A DNA stretch of 64,000 nucleotides, from contig OY843751.1 in the NCBI GenBank assembly GCA_963693055.1, positions 1,370,072-1,434,071 of the forward strand, read 5' to 3'. The notes beneath the pieces are model-generated. The model made no database searches. It worked only from the letters and a program-made list of their open reading frames with translations, and was not told where the DNA came from. Shown here one piece after another: positions 26,935-37,064 of this stretch. This DNA is from a bacterium. GTDB lineage: Bacteria; Zhuqueibacterota; Zhuqueibacteria; Residuimicrobiales; Krinioviventaceae. The number at the start of each line of letters is the position of its first letter. The stretch's first letter is position 1. Both the position numbers and the translations under genes were made by a program.

Positions 26935-27873
26935 TTAATCTTTAATTAAACGCAGAGAACATCCACATTCCCTGTACTCTTCATCAAATATGACATAAGT
27001 AGCAGCACTGGCTAATAGCATAATATCCGCGAAGAAAGAACGAGATGATGTTGAGGCCCATAGGGATGATGCATTTTCAAGATTTCGAAAATATCCTGAT
27101 AAAGGAGCATCCAAACGGACAAACCGGTCTCCCGCGCCAAGGGCTGTAAATCCGCTTGAATTTGTTGCATTAACATTATAAGAGTTCCAATGCATGGTAC
27201 CCTGTTCTTTAAGTTTGGAACAGGCGTCATTAAAAAGATAGTTTTTTAGCGCATTCCACTCTCCCTTTGAAGGCACATGCCATCCCTCGGGCGCTATTTG
27301 ACGGGCATCATCAACCACAAACCAGTTGTAAAGGTAACCATAAACATTGCCAAGCGAGTCCGAATTGTTATAAGAACAGCGTGCCCCGGTAGACAATCCA
27401 TACCAATTATAATTATTTTTCTCTACAGGTATCGGGTCGCCATTTCTGTATAATGTCTCTTTTAAATTCTCCGCCATCCAAACCTGATTGCCGATTATAA
27501 CGGTTTTATACAGTTTTCCGTCATTGCCCATCATATAGTCATCTCTGGCAGTTAAACGTACTTTGTATTGATTGCCTGAGACATTGGGATTGTCTGCATA
27601 AAAATCCCACACAATATGTTTGTCCGTACCCGGGGTGATATTTCCACCCACATCACCCGTCAGGTGTGTGCACATTAAATCCCATGTCGCTCCGTTATCT
27701 GCCGAGGCTTCAACCAATATGGCAAGCATATTCTCCCCAGAATAAGCTAAATTGTACCAGATATCCGTTATAAATGTGCCGTCGGTGCGCTGCTGCACGC
27801 GCACGTTTGAGACCTGGGCGTACAGGCAGCCAACGGTCAAGAATAATGTTGTTACCGTTGTTAAAAATTTCAT
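26935..27873 (-). CDS. FISUMP-domain secreted lipoprotein, tandem paralog 3
   Basis: MKFLTTVTTLFLTVGCLYAQ, then LYKTVIIGNQVWMAENLKETLYRNGDPIP...YGYLYNWFVV...APEGWHVPSKGEWNALKNYL...GFTALGAGDR...CGCSLRLIKD. Start at 27873 with a GAGGAA RBS. Its upstream intergenic region is about 85% identical to that of paralog 2. Confidence 0.8.
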   Translation of the reverse strand: MKFLTTVTTLFLTVGCLYAQVSNVRVQQRTDGTFITDIWYNLAYSGENMLAILVEASADNGATWDLMCTHLTGDVGGNITPGTDKHIVWDFYADNPNVSGNQYKVRLTARDDYMMGNDGKLYKTVIIGNQVWMAENLKETLYRNGDPIPVEKNNYNWYGLSTGARCSYNNSDSLGNVYGYLYNWFVVDDARQIAPEGWHVPSKGEWNALKNYLFNDACSKLKEQGTMHWNSYNVNATNSSGFTALGAGDRFVRLDAPLSGYFRNLENASSLWASTSSRSFFADIMLLASAATYVIFDEEYRECGCSLRLIKD

Positions 27874-27980
27874 GTTATTCCTCATTGCTGTATCCAGGTC
27901 AGAGCTTTGATCTTGCACACACCGGTAATTGACCATACACTTTCAATAATTGTAACTATATATGACGCACCACAAATGAA

Positions 27981-28916
27981 TTAATCTTTTATTAAACGTA
28001 TTGTACATCCGTGCTTTTTATTAATCAAATAATTATACATAGTATCTGTATTGTAACTCATTGTTAAGCTCCCACCATTAATGCCGTTAACATCTTGTTG
28101 GGCTAACCATATCCAGGCGTCCTCCCATATGTCATTAAAATTACCATCGTCATTTCGTCTTCCGGCCGCTATTGCTGTAAAGCCGCTTTCATTTGTGGCG
28201 GCGGTATTGGGATAATCCCAATGAGCATATCCGGTTTCTTTCATTTTTCCACCTTTCGAACCCCCTAAAAAATCATATAAATCACTAAAATCATAATAAG
28301 TTGGAACATGCCATCCGGAAGGCGCAAGATTACCGGTTGCGACAACATACCAATTATATAAATAACCATAGCTGTTTGTGTAATTTTCATTATTATTATA
28401 CACACACCGGGCGCCGGTTTCCAAAGTGGACCATGTGGAACTGCTGGCTACAACCGGTATACTACTAATACCGTTTCTGTATTTTGTTTCCCTTAAATTT
28501 TCAGCCATCCACCATTGGTTACCAATCTTGACGGTTTTGTACACTTTACCGTCGTTACCGGTCATGGTGCTGTTATAAAAAAACAAAAGACGGACCTTGT
28601 ACTGGTTACCACTGGTGTTAGGATGGTCGGCGTAAAAGTCCCATTCAATGTGCTTGTCCGTTCCCGCGGTAATTCCTTCACCCACATCGCCGGTGAGGCT
28701 AGAGCAAGACAGGTTCCATGATGCTCCATTGTCATGAGAAGCTTCTATTATTATTTCGGCGGTTTTTGTATAAGAATCTCCCTCAAAACCCAGATCATAC
28801 CAGATATCAACCACAAAATTGCCATCTGTGCGTTGAACCACCCGCACGTTGGAGACCTGAGCGTACAGGCCGCCGGTCATAAGGAGGAATGTCATTATTG
28901 TAATTTGAAATCTCAT
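27981..28916 (-). CDS. FISUMP-domain secreted protein, tandem paralog 4
   Basis: VYKTVKIGNQWWMAENLRETKYRNG...YGYLYNWYVV...APSGWHVPTYYDFSDLYDFLGG...GFTAIAAGRR...GCTIRLIKD. Start at the second ATG (GAGGTA RBS). Confidence 0.8.
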   Translation of the reverse strand: MRFQITIMTFLLMTGGLYAQVSNVRVVQRTDGNFVVDIWYDLGFEGDSYTKTAEIIIEASHDNGASWNLSCSSLTGDVGEGITAGTDKHIEWDFYADHPNTSGNQYKVRLLFFYNSTMTGNDGKVYKTVKIGNQWWMAENLRETKYRNGISSIPVVASSSTWSTLETGARCVYNNNENYTNSYGYLYNWYVVATGNLAPSGWHVPTYYDFSDLYDFLGGSKGGKMKETGYAHWDYPNTAATNESGFTAIAAGRRNDDGNFNDIWEDAWIWLAQQDVNGINGGSLTMSYNTDTMYNYLINKKHGCTIRLIKD

Positions 28917-28950
28917 TCTGTACCTCATTATTTATACATTAGCTCAACAG

Positions 28951-29926
28951 TTAGTTCTTTACTAGACAGACCGAATGTCCTTTTCCTTTTTCGTCATAAA
29001 GACGGTAAATATTTAAATTATAACAGAGTATGTAACGTTTCAATGCTTCATTTTCGCCATAGGATGAAGCAGACCAAAAATAGGCACGGATTCTCTTGTC
29101 AATAAAAATGCCTTGAATGTTGGAACAACAACCGCCCGGTGTCGCTGTAAAAAGGCTTACGGCAAAATTAACATCATTTTTTGAAACATCATCTTGTAAC
29201 AAATTTGCACGATCCGCCAGTTTACTACCTTCATCATCTCCGTAATCCAGATTTATTTTTGTCATCTACACTCATACCCAATGCGCGTTCCAGTTCCTTC
29301 CAGTCGGCATCTGTGTGAACATGCCAACCGTTTGGAAAAAAATCATGCGGATTTTCCAGATCCACAACTTACCAATTGTATAAATAACCAAAAGTTGAAG
29401 CATTATCTGGATTATTATCAAAATAACAATAAGCGCCAATATTAATATTAGTCCAATCCTGATTGTTTACTGTGGTTGCTATGGTTGACCCATCGTTATA
29501 ATGCTTTCCCCTTAAATTTTTTGCCATCCACCATTGGTTACCAATTTTTATTGTTGGGTACACATTAGCATCGTAATCCCTCATGGTGTCGGTTAATAAA
29601 AGAATTACACGTATTTTAAACTGATTACCGTTAGTGTTAGGGTTGTTTGTGTAAAAATCCCAAACAATGTGTTTGTCCGTACCCGCTGTGATATCCTCAC
29701 CAGCGTCGCTGGTAATGCTGGAACAATTCAGATCCCAGGTTGTGCCATTGTCGTCAGAGGCTTGAATAATTATTTCGTTATCACATCCTTCGGAATTATT
29801 GAAATCGTACCAGATATCAACTATAAAAGTGCCGTCTGTGCGTTGTTGAACTCTCATGTTGGAAACCTGGGTGAATAGACTGCCGGTTATATTAATTATT
29901 AAAAATATAGTATATAGTGATCTCAT
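28951..29926 (-). pseudogene. Disrupted fifth FISUMP paralog (premature stop after YGYLYNW plus at least two frameshifts)
   Basis: ORF 29369..30067 encodes the N-terminal domain plus the first half of FISUMP (PTIKIGNQWWMAKNL...FGYLYNW*). The continuation FPNGWHVHTDADWKELERALGMSV is in a second frame, and ORF 28951..29265 (FTATPGG...FWSASSYGENEA...SVCLVKN) is in a third. Homopolymer runs A7/T7 lie at the junction. Confidence 0.6.
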
Positions 29927-30053
29927 AAAAATTCTTGTATATTTGAATTGTCTTACAAATAGGCAAGATTCCTGGAAAGATTTAGACGGCATGTTGTAAA
30001 AAAAATTTTTACAACGATTTATTCTTGTTTTAAAATTTACAAAAATAAACAAA

Positions 30054-30103
30054 ACAGTACCAAGCACATATGTCGCAAAAACCAGTACATATGTCGCATT
30101 TGG
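30054..30103 (-). promoter_or_regulatory. Second copy of the ACATATGTCGCA x2 operator-like element, upstream of the disrupted FISUMP paralog and just downstream of the hybrid kinase gene
   Basis: ACAGTACCAAGCACATATGTCGCAAAAACCAGTACATATGTCGCATTTG matches 23544..23594 except for one base. Confidence 0.4.
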
Positions 30104-30121
30104 AATTTTTAGAAGTGTTAT

Positions 30122-32926
30122 TTAAAAAGTGTATTGGGAAGGAGATTTGCCAAACCGTTTTTTAAAGCAGCGTCTGAAATAGTCAGGGCTGCCGAACCCG
30201 GTTTGGTAGGCAATTTCTGATATGGTGGCGGTTTTACTTTCTAACATTTGAATAGCATGTTTTAGCCGGATTGAATGGATAAAATCAACAACAGTTTGGT
30301 TGGTAAGCGCATGGATCTTGCGGTGCAATTGTGAGCGAGACAAGGCCATCTTACTGCTTAACCAGTCTACACTCAGATCGGGATTGTTTAAATGCATTTC
30401 AATCAAATCCGCCGCACGCTTTAAAAAAACCTCATCGGCAGGCATGACCGCAATATCTTTAAGGGGGGTTGTGATTTGTTTGTTAAATCGTTGGCGCAGT
30501 TTTCGGCGCTGATCGATAAGGTTTTTGATCCGTACTTTGAGCTCGTCCGGTTCAAAAGGTTTGGTAAGATAGTCGTCAGCACCCAAGGTAAGGCCTTCAA
30601 TTTTGCTGGCACTGTCTGAACGGGCGGTAAGTAACACAACAGGTATATGGCTGGTGCGTTCATCGGTTTTCAATTTTTCACAGAACTGGTACCCGTCCAT
30701 GTTGGGCATCATTACATCACTGATTACCAAGTCGGGAATGCAATTGATTGCCTGTAGCAAACCGTCTTTGCCATCGACTGCTTCCAGTATTTCATATTCA
30801 TCTTCAATAATCTCATGAATATAGGCGCGCAGCTCTGAATGGTCTTCGGTAATGAGAATGATGGGGGCATCTTTTTTCTTTGAATGTCGAACAGGAACAG
30901 GCTTGTCATCCTTGTCATGTATATCCACAGGTGGTTGTTTGGTACTCTTGAAATTCAAAGAGGGTACTGGTGCAAAATCTTGTTCTGAAAAATGATCTTT
31001 TCCCAAAGGCAGATGTACAGTAAATGTGCTGCCCTTGTCTATTTCACTGGATACTGAAATTTTACCACGATGCAGAAGCACAAGTTCGCGAGCCAGTGCC
31101 AGCCCAATTCCGCTGCCTTGCTGGTTTTGTGGGTATCCGTTTTCAACCTGGTAAAACCGATCGAAAATATGTTCAAGGTGCTCATCTGGAATCCCTGGAC
31201 CGGTGTCTGATATGCTGATTTCCAGGGAATCGTTTTGAGAAACCGAAACTTTGATCTCTCCACCGGTGGGTGTGAATTTAACAGCATTTGATAAAAGATT
31301 GCCTAGTACTTTGTCGATTTTATCCCGATCAATCCAGACATAGGCAGCATTTAAACCGGTTTCATATATCAAACTGATTTGATGATGAACTACATGAGAT
31401 TCAAATGTCTGACATACACCTTTAATTAGTGGCCAAATATCTGTTTTTTTAACTTTTAATTCCATACGTCCTGATTCAATGCGGGAAAGGTCAAGCAGCT
31501 CATTCACCAGGTTTAAAAGTCGGCGACCATTCTTTAACTGTAAACGTGACCTCTTTCGTATGTTTTTATCTTGTGATTCATTCAGAATCTGTTGTGCTGT
31601 ACCCAGAATCAGGGTGAGGGGGGTACGGAATTCATGGGAAATATTGGCAAAAAATCGGGATTTCATTTTATCAATTTCTTTAAACTTTTCCGATTCGATG
31701 ACTTTTTTCTGAGCAATCTCTTTTTGGCGATTGTTTTCAATATACCTGTCAATGATGATCAATGTAAGACAGATAACAAAACCCAGGGTGCCGAAATGAA
31801 TCAGTCTGATATTTGATGATATATTGATCACATAATGCAGAAAAAGTTCAAGACCACCAAATAAATAAAAAATAATCAATCCTATAAAAAGTAACTTGAT
31901 TTCGCGCTTACCTTTGGTTGAACTCTTGATCACCAGAATAAAATTGGTTGTGGCGCTTGTGGAAGTAATTATAAAAAATAATTGATAAAACAGATCCGTA
32001 AAACGGTTCTTGATAATAATCATTGACAATATTGATAGTAATAGAAAAAACAGGTGGCCCTTCCAAAAACGTCTGACGACAGGTTTGAATTTTTTAGTGA
32101 TAATCTGTTCCGTGAGATACAAGCCGCCAATGGGTGAAGACATTAATGAGAAAAAATCCAGTAAAAAAAAGAGTCGCGGAGCATAGACCATTGTTTGAAG
32201 AAAGTAAGAATTGCTTCCTGTAAAGATACCAATTGAAATTAAAAATGTAGCAATTCCAATCAATAGATTGTTTCTCTGCACAAATAAATAAATAAATAAT
32301 AGTACAAAGCCAAGAATAATAAAAAGCGGGGCAAAGATGATTTCATCTATATCTTTGATAAATAGTTTTTTTAAAATAATGTCTGCCGGGGCAAGCCAGA
32401 TGGGTTGATTTAAACCTATTGTAGATTTATCGGACCAGATTCGAAAACAAAGAATACCTTTGGAATAATCATCGGGAAGACGTACAAGCATCATATGCCA
32501 GCCAACAAACAAATCTTTGTTTGTTGTGAAATCACCAAATTGATAGATTTGTTGGTCATTTAGGTAAACCTGAACAATTTGCCTTACACTGGGGAAAAAT
32601 AACGCAGGGTCTGAGTCTTTAGTATCCGGAAGCTGTGTTCGTATCCACAAACTATTATATCCCGTATTGGGGATGTCGTCAAAGTTTTCTACGGATATCC
32701 ATTTGTTTGAATCAATACCGTCATCCAACCAGATTAAATGTCCGTTTGCATCTTTAGGAGAATCCCCAATACGATACTGCCAACCGTTCTCAATATTATA
32801 TATCTCGTTTGATGTATTGGTATTATAGTTAATGATATTCGTTTCTTTGCCGAAACAAAGCGTTGAATATAATATAATTACAAACAAAATATATGTTAAG
32901 ACCAATGGTCGATTAGTCAGAATCAC
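30122..32926 (-). CDS. Hybrid two-component system sensor histidine kinase/response regulator with 7TMR-DISM sensor and C-terminal AraC-type HTH
   Basis: 934 aa. It has an N-terminal extracytoplasmic 7TMR-DISMED2-like domain plus a 7-TM region, HisKA (FFANISHEFRTPLTLILG), HATPase_c (GSGIGLALAREL), a receiver (DLVISDVMMPNMDGYQFCEKLK) and an AraC HTH (QTGFGSPDYFRRCFKKRFGKSPSQY). Confidence 0.85.
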   Translation of the reverse strand: MILTNRPLVLTYILFVIILYSTLCFGKETNIINYNTNTSNEIYNIENGWQYRIGDSPKDANGHLIWLDDGIDSNKWISVENFDDIPNTGYNSLWIRTQLPDTKDSDPALFFPSVRQIVQVYLNDQQIYQFGDFTTNKDLFVGWHMMLVRLPDDYSKGILCFRIWSDKSTIGLNQPIWLAPADIILKKLFIKDIDEIIFAPLFIILGFVLLFIYLFVQRNNLLIGIATFLISIGIFTGSNSYFLQTMVYAPRLFFLLDFFSLMSSPIGGLYLTEQIITKKFKPVVRRFWKGHLFFLLLSILSMIIIKNRFTDLFYQLFFIITSTSATTNFILVIKSSTKGKREIKLLFIGLIIFYLFGGLELFLHYVINISSNIRLIHFGTLGFVICLTLIIIDRYIENNRQKEIAQKKVIESEKFKEIDKMKSRFFANISHEFRTPLTLILGTAQQILNESQDKNIRKRSRLQLKNGRRLLNLVNELLDLSRIESGRMELKVKKTDIWPLIKGVCQTFESHVVHHQISLIYETGLNAAYVWIDRDKIDKVLGNLLSNAVKFTPTGGEIKVSVSQNDSLEISISDTGPGIPDEHLEHIFDRFYQVENGYPQNQQGSGIGLALARELVLLHRGKISVSSEIDKGSTFTVHLPLGKDHFSEQDFAPVPSLNFKSTKQPPVDIHDKDDKPVPVRHSKKKDAPIILITEDHSELRAYIHEIIEDEYEILEAVDGKDGLLQAINCIPDLVISDVMMPNMDGYQFCEKLKTDERTSHIPVVLLTARSDSASKIEGLTLGADDYLTKPFEPDELKVRIKNLIDQRRKLRQRFNKQITTPLKDIAVMPADEVFLKRAADLIEMHLNNPDLSVDWLSSKMALSRSQLHRKIHALTNQTVVDFIHSIRLKHAIQMLESKTATISEIAYQTGFGSPDYFRRCFKKRFGKSPSQYTF

Positions 32927-33112
32927 TTTGTTCCTCAGACGATTACTAATGGAAGTATATTTTATCTATATAAAATATAATAATTATTATAAAAAACATA
33001 ATTTTTTTACGAATTAATTTTAAAAAAACGCTGACAAGCATTTCTGCCTTGCCAGCGTTAAATGTGATAAATGACAGGCAACAAATACCTATCTGAGAAT
33101 ATTTGATTCGAA

Positions 33113-34210
33113 TTATTTCATAAACAATACCTTTTGTACCTGGGAAGTATTTCCAGTCTGCATGCGCACCAGGTAGGTTCCGCTGGGTGCCATTACACCG
33201 GCATCGGTTGAGCCGTCCCATTGGACCGAGTATTGCCCGGCGGTCTGGTACTGATCGCTGAGCAGTTTGATCTGACGGCCTAATACGTCATATACTGCCA
33301 GAGTTACATGGCTGTCTTTTGCCAGATTGTATTTTATATTGGTTGACGGATTAAAAGGATTGGGGTACGCCGTGAATAGCTGTGTGGTTGAGGGGATGGC
33401 TGCTTTAACGGATGTTGTGCCGATCTCTGATTTTTCTCCATTTATATCTATTTCTGACAAACGGTAATCGTAATCTGCTCCTGCAGATATAGTATTGTCT
33501 ATAAAATCGTATTGAGATGGGGAAGAGGTAGTACCTTGTCCGGTCAGTTCTGCATCGTGTTTATAAGATGCAATTTGCCGCCAGCCGGTATTTTCGGATT
33601 TACGCTCAATGATAAATCCCAGATTGTCGGTTTCGCTTACGGTGGTCCATTCTAATTCGACTGTATTGTTGCTGTGGGGCGCGGAAAAGGAGGTCAGTTC
33701 CACGGGCAACGAAGCATCACCTAAAATTAAATCGTCAAACGCAAAGCCACTTAATTCTTCGCTTTTTGTAACAGTAAATGATGTTACATTTGTCCAATTA
33801 AGCGTGACTGTTTGACCCGTTGCTTTAGCAATTGTATCATTTACCGGTGAATTTGATCCACCCGTAGGAGTATATGTCCAGGTACCATCATAACTTCCGC
33901 TTGCGTTAACGGCATATATTGTAAGGATATCTACAGATTCCGAAAAAGTAAAAGTAATTGTCTGAATATTGGTTACGGATGCCATGACAACATTTCCGGA
34001 AGCTCCACCAAAACCAGCAGATGCAAAAAGTTGTATATAACGTCCCCCACCGGCATCCGCAGTAGTTACAGTAACAGTAATATCACTAACCGTTTCCTGA
34101 ACAATAGTTGCCTGAGATTCACCAATTTCTGTTGCGGTTTCCCAGGTAAAAGTTTGTGCAAAAAGTATGAAAGGTAGTAAGAGAAAAAGTGTCAATAACA
34201 ATTTTTTCAT
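33113..34210 (-). CDS. Secreted protein with FN3-like module + T9SS CTD
   Basis: 365 aa with signal MKKLLLTLFLLLPFILFAQ; module ASLPVELTSFSAPHSNNTVELEWTTVSETDNLGFIIERKSENTGW; CTD LFTAYPNPFNPSTNIKYNLAKDSHVTLAVYDVLGRQIK...GTYLVRMQTGNTSQVQKVLFMK. Confidence 0.8.
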   Translation of the reverse strand: MKKLLLTLFLLLPFILFAQTFTWETATEIGESQATIVQETVSDITVTVTTADAGGGRYIQLFASAGFGGASGNVVMASVTNIQTITFTFSESVDILTIYAVNASGSYDGTWTYTPTGGSNSPVNDTIAKATGQTVTLNWTNVTSFTVTKSEELSGFAFDDLILGDASLPVELTSFSAPHSNNTVELEWTTVSETDNLGFIIERKSENTGWRQIASYKHDAELTGQGTTSSPSQYDFIDNTISAGADYDYRLSEIDINGEKSEIGTTSVKAAIPSTTQLFTAYPNPFNPSTNIKYNLAKDSHVTLAVYDVLGRQIKLLSDQYQTAGQYSVQWDGSTDAGVMAPSGTYLVRMQTGNTSQVQKVLFMK

Positions 34211-34327
34211 TGTTTAACTCCAATTGTGTGGGGTAGAGATTTAGGAAAAGTTTTAAATGGACTGGTGTAGTGATATTATTATTATATCGGCAGAAATTAT
34301 CAATACTTTGATTAAAAATGATATAAA

Positions 34328-34361
34328 AAAAGCCCTCTCGGCAAATTTCCGAAAGGGCTTT
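34328..34361 (-). terminator. Rho-independent terminator of groEL
   Basis: AAAGCCCTCTCGG-caaattt-CCGAAAGGGCTTT (13 bp, one mismatch) followed on the minus strand by a U7 run. It shares the TTTCCGAAAG loop/stem motif with the terminators at 2452 and 8399. Confidence 0.6.
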
Positions 34362-34391
34362 GTATTTTGAAAGGAAAGTAAGGTCTGTATA

Positions 34392-36026
34392 TTAGTACAT
34401 ACCACCCATACCACCCATGTCGCCGCCAGGAGGCATTGGCATGGCTGATTTTTCTTCGGGTTTGTCTACAATTGTTGCTTCGGTCATGAGTAACAGAGAT
34501 GCAACACTTGCAGCATTTTCTAAAGCAATACGAGTAACTTTGGTTGGGTCAATTACGCCGGCTTCATAAAGATCTTCATAAGTTTCTGAAGCAGCGTTGA
34601 AACCAAAACCATCTTTGCCTTCTTTAACTTTTTGAATAACGATAGAACCTTCAAGTCCTGCATTTTCAGAGATCTGACGCAGAGGTTCTTCAAGAACGCG
34701 TTTCAAGATATTGATACCAATTTCTTCATCGCCGTCAACTTTAACTTTATCCAGTGCGGGAAGTGCGCGAATGATTGCAACACCACCACCAGGGATGATA
34801 CCTTCTTCAACTGCTGCGCGGGTTGCGTGCAGAGCGTCTTCAACGCGGGCTTTCTTTTCTTTCATTTCTACTTCAGTTGCAGCGCCTACGTTCAATACAG
34901 CAACACCACCGGCCAATTTTGCCAGACGTTCCTGCAATTTTTCTTTATCATAGTCAGAAGAAGTGGTTTCGATCTGTTTTTTGATTTGTGCAATTCTACC
35001 TTTAATATCTTCGGTTTTGCCAGCGCCTTCAACGATAGTTGTGTTGTCTTTATCGATGGTAACGCGTTTTGCAGAACCCAGATCGGTTACAGTTGCGTTT
35101 TCAAGTTTGAAACCGGTTTCTTCAGAAACAACGCGTCCACCCGTCAGGATAGAGATATCTTCCAGCATGGCTTTACGACGATCACCAAAACCAGGAGCTT
35201 TAATAGCTGCAACGCGCAGGGTGCCACGCAATTTGTTAACAACCAAAGTTGCCAATGCTTCGCCTTCAATATCTTCAGCGATGATCAATAAGGGTTTGCC
35301 CATTTGAGCAACTTTTTCAAGAATTGGCAGCAAGTCTTTCATTGCGCTGATTTTTTTGTCATGGATGAGGATCAATGCTTCATCCAAAACGGCTTCCATG
35401 CTTTCCTGATCGGTAGCAAAATAGGGAGAGAGGTAACCACGGTCAAACTGCATACCTTCAACAACTTCAAGATAAGTATCGGTTGTTTTGGCTTCTTCAA
35501 CAGTAATAACACCGTCTTTACCAACTTTTTCCATAGCGTCTGCAATCAAGTCACCAATTTCAGAGTCATTGTTTGCAGAGATAGAGCCAACCTGTGCAAT
35601 TTCTTTTTTGCCAGGAAGAGGTTTGCTCATGCTTTGTAATTCCTCGATAACGGCTTTAACGCCTTTTTCGATACCACGTTTAATAGAAGTAGGGTTAGCA
35701 CCAGCGGTCACGTTTTTCAGACCTTCGCGGCAAATTCCCTGAGCCAGAACGGTTGCAGTAGTGGTTCCATCACCGGCAATATCACTGGTTTTGGAAGCAA
35801 CTTCTTTAACCATCTGTGCGCCCATATTTTCCAATGGATCTTCAAGTTCAATTTCTTTAGCAACGGTAACACCGTCTTTAGTTACTGTAGGAGCACCAAA
35901 TTTTTTGTCGATAACAACGTTACGGCCTTTGGGTCCCAGAGTAACTTTAACGGCATTTGCTAATTGATCAACGCCGCGTTTCAGGGCGTTTCTTGCCTCT
36001 ACATCAAAGGTTACAATCTTTGGCAT
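34392..36026 (-). CDS. groL: Chaperonin GroEL (60-kDa chaperonin)
   Basis: 544 aa. [38 protein letters not shown]...[24 protein letters not shown]...C-terminal GGMGGMY tail. Confidence 0.97.
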   Translation of the reverse strand: MPKIVTFDVEARNALKRGVDQLANAVKVTLGPKGRNVVIDKKFGAPTVTKDGVTVAKEIELEDPLENMGAQMVKEVASKTSDIAGDGTTTATVLAQGICREGLKNVTAGANPTSIKRGIEKGVKAVIEELQSMSKPLPGKKEIAQVGSISANNDSEIGDLIADAMEKVGKDGVITVEEAKTTDTYLEVVEGMQFDRGYLSPYFATDQESMEAVLDEALILIHDKKISAMKDLLPILEKVAQMGKPLLIIAEDIEGEALATLVVNKLRGTLRVAAIKAPGFGDRRKAMLEDISILTGGRVVSEETGFKLENATVTDLGSAKRVTIDKDNTTIVEGAGKTEDIKGRIAQIKKQIETTSSDYDKEKLQERLAKLAGGVAVLNVGAATEVEMKEKKARVEDALHATRAAVEEGIIPGGGVAIIRALPALDKVKVDGDEEIGINILKRVLEEPLRQISENAGLEGSIVIQKVKEGKDGFGFNAASETYEDLYEAGVIDPTKVTRIALENAASVASLLLMTEATIVDKPEEKSAMPMPPGGDMGGMGGMY

Positions 36027-36083
36027 GTTTAACTATCCTCCATACTTGTATGGTTAATTTAATGATTCAAAGTAATTTAAATA

Positions 36084-36368
36084 TTATATAACTGCCAGAA
36101 TATCGCTTTCGCGCATAATCAGGTAATCTGTTCCATCGATAGTCACTTCCGTACCGGAATATTTTCCGTACAATACAGTGTCGCCAACTTTGACTTCGAG
36201 GTCAACTTTGGAACCACTGTCAGCAACTTTACCAGGACCTACAGCTACGATTTTTCCCTGCATGGGTTTTTCTTTTGCTGTATCCGGAATGATTATGGTG
36301 CCCTGTGTTTGTTCTTCGGCTTCAGTAGGTTGTACGACAACGCGATCTGCCAATGGTTTGATGTTCAT
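36084..36368 (-). CDS. groS: Co-chaperonin GroES
   Basis: 94 aa. [46 protein letters not shown]...; immediately upstream of groEL. Confidence 0.95.
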   Translation of the reverse strand: MNIKPLADRVVVQPTEAEEQTQGTIIIPDTAKEKPMQGKIVAVGPGKVADSGSKVDLEVKVGDTVLYGKYSGTEVTIDGTDYLIMRESDILAVI

Positions 36369-36425
36369 AGATTATCCTCCTGTTTCAATATATAAGGTTT
36401 AAATGTTATGTTTTTTACTTTTTTG

Positions 36426-36452
36426 TTAGCACTCTCTTTTAAAGAGTGCTAA
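36426..36452. promoter_or_regulatory. CIRCE element (HrcA operator) upstream of groES
   Basis: TTAGCACTC-tcttttaaa-GAGTGCTAA is a perfect match to the CIRCE consensus TTAGCACTC-N9-GAGTGCTAA, about 60-85 nt upstream of the groES start. Confidence 0.9.
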
Positions 36453-36585
36453 CACCGTAAAAAGATATAATATTCCCCCAAGAAAAGCAAGAAAAAATTT
36501 TAAAATTGATTGATTTTTTTAACAAATACGCCGTAAAACATGGGGGAAATGTGATGTTTTTTACAATTTTTTACTTTTTTTTCTT

Positions 36586-36614
36586 GACATTATTACATCA
36601 TATGGATATATTCA
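36586..36614 (+). promoter_or_regulatory. Candidate sigma70-type promoter for the KH-domain protein gene
   Basis: TTGACA-N17-TATATT on the plus strand, about 130 nt upstream of the 36749 start. Confidence 0.4.
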
Positions 36615-36748
36615 AAAAGGGAGGCCATACATAGTTGTTTAGTATTACTTTAGGGAGGGTTGTGTTTCCACAAAAGTGCCAAATCGTATGAATATCATCA
36701 TGTTCGAATGGAAAATGACATTAATCCTATCAGAAGGGGATTTTGGTT

Positions 36749-36979
36749 ATGAAGGAATTTGTTGAACACATTGTAAAGCACCTCGTCGATAATCCTGACG
36801 CTGTTAAAGTTACTGAAGTTTTTGGTGAAACAACTGTCGTCTATGAACTTCGCGTTGATCAACCGGATATGGGTAAAGTTATTGGTAAAAACGGCAGAAC
36901 TGCTCACGCAATACGAGTAATTTTAAGCGCAGTAGCTAGAAAGGCTGGAAAACACGCCACCCTTGAAATATTAGAATAA
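36749..36979 (+). CDS. KH-domain RNA-binding protein (YlqC/UPF0109 family)
   Basis: [59 protein letters not shown] contains the KH GxxG loop (GKNG). The ATG at 36749 with an AAGGGGA RBS is preferred over the track's TTG at 36743. Confidence 0.75.
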   Translation: MKEFVEHIVKHLVDNPDAVKVTEVFGETTVVYELRVDQPDMGKVIGKNGRTAHAIRVILSAVARKAGKHATLEILE

Positions 36980-37064
36980 ATAGCAAAGATTACAATGTCT
37001 TTGTAGTACTAGACTCAGGAAAATGGTTTTTAAAAAGACCATCTGCATCCGCATGATGGTTTTT

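Noticed and set aside
34632-35967. Several plus-strand ORFs of 68-219 aa antisense to groEL (34632..35291, 34711..34953, 34963..35307, 35304..35639, 35488..35742, 35761..35967)
   Set aside because: They lie entirely inside the strongly supported groEL CDS on the opposite strand, have low-complexity Cys/Phe/Ser-rich translations and no RBS; they are antisense-frame artefacts.
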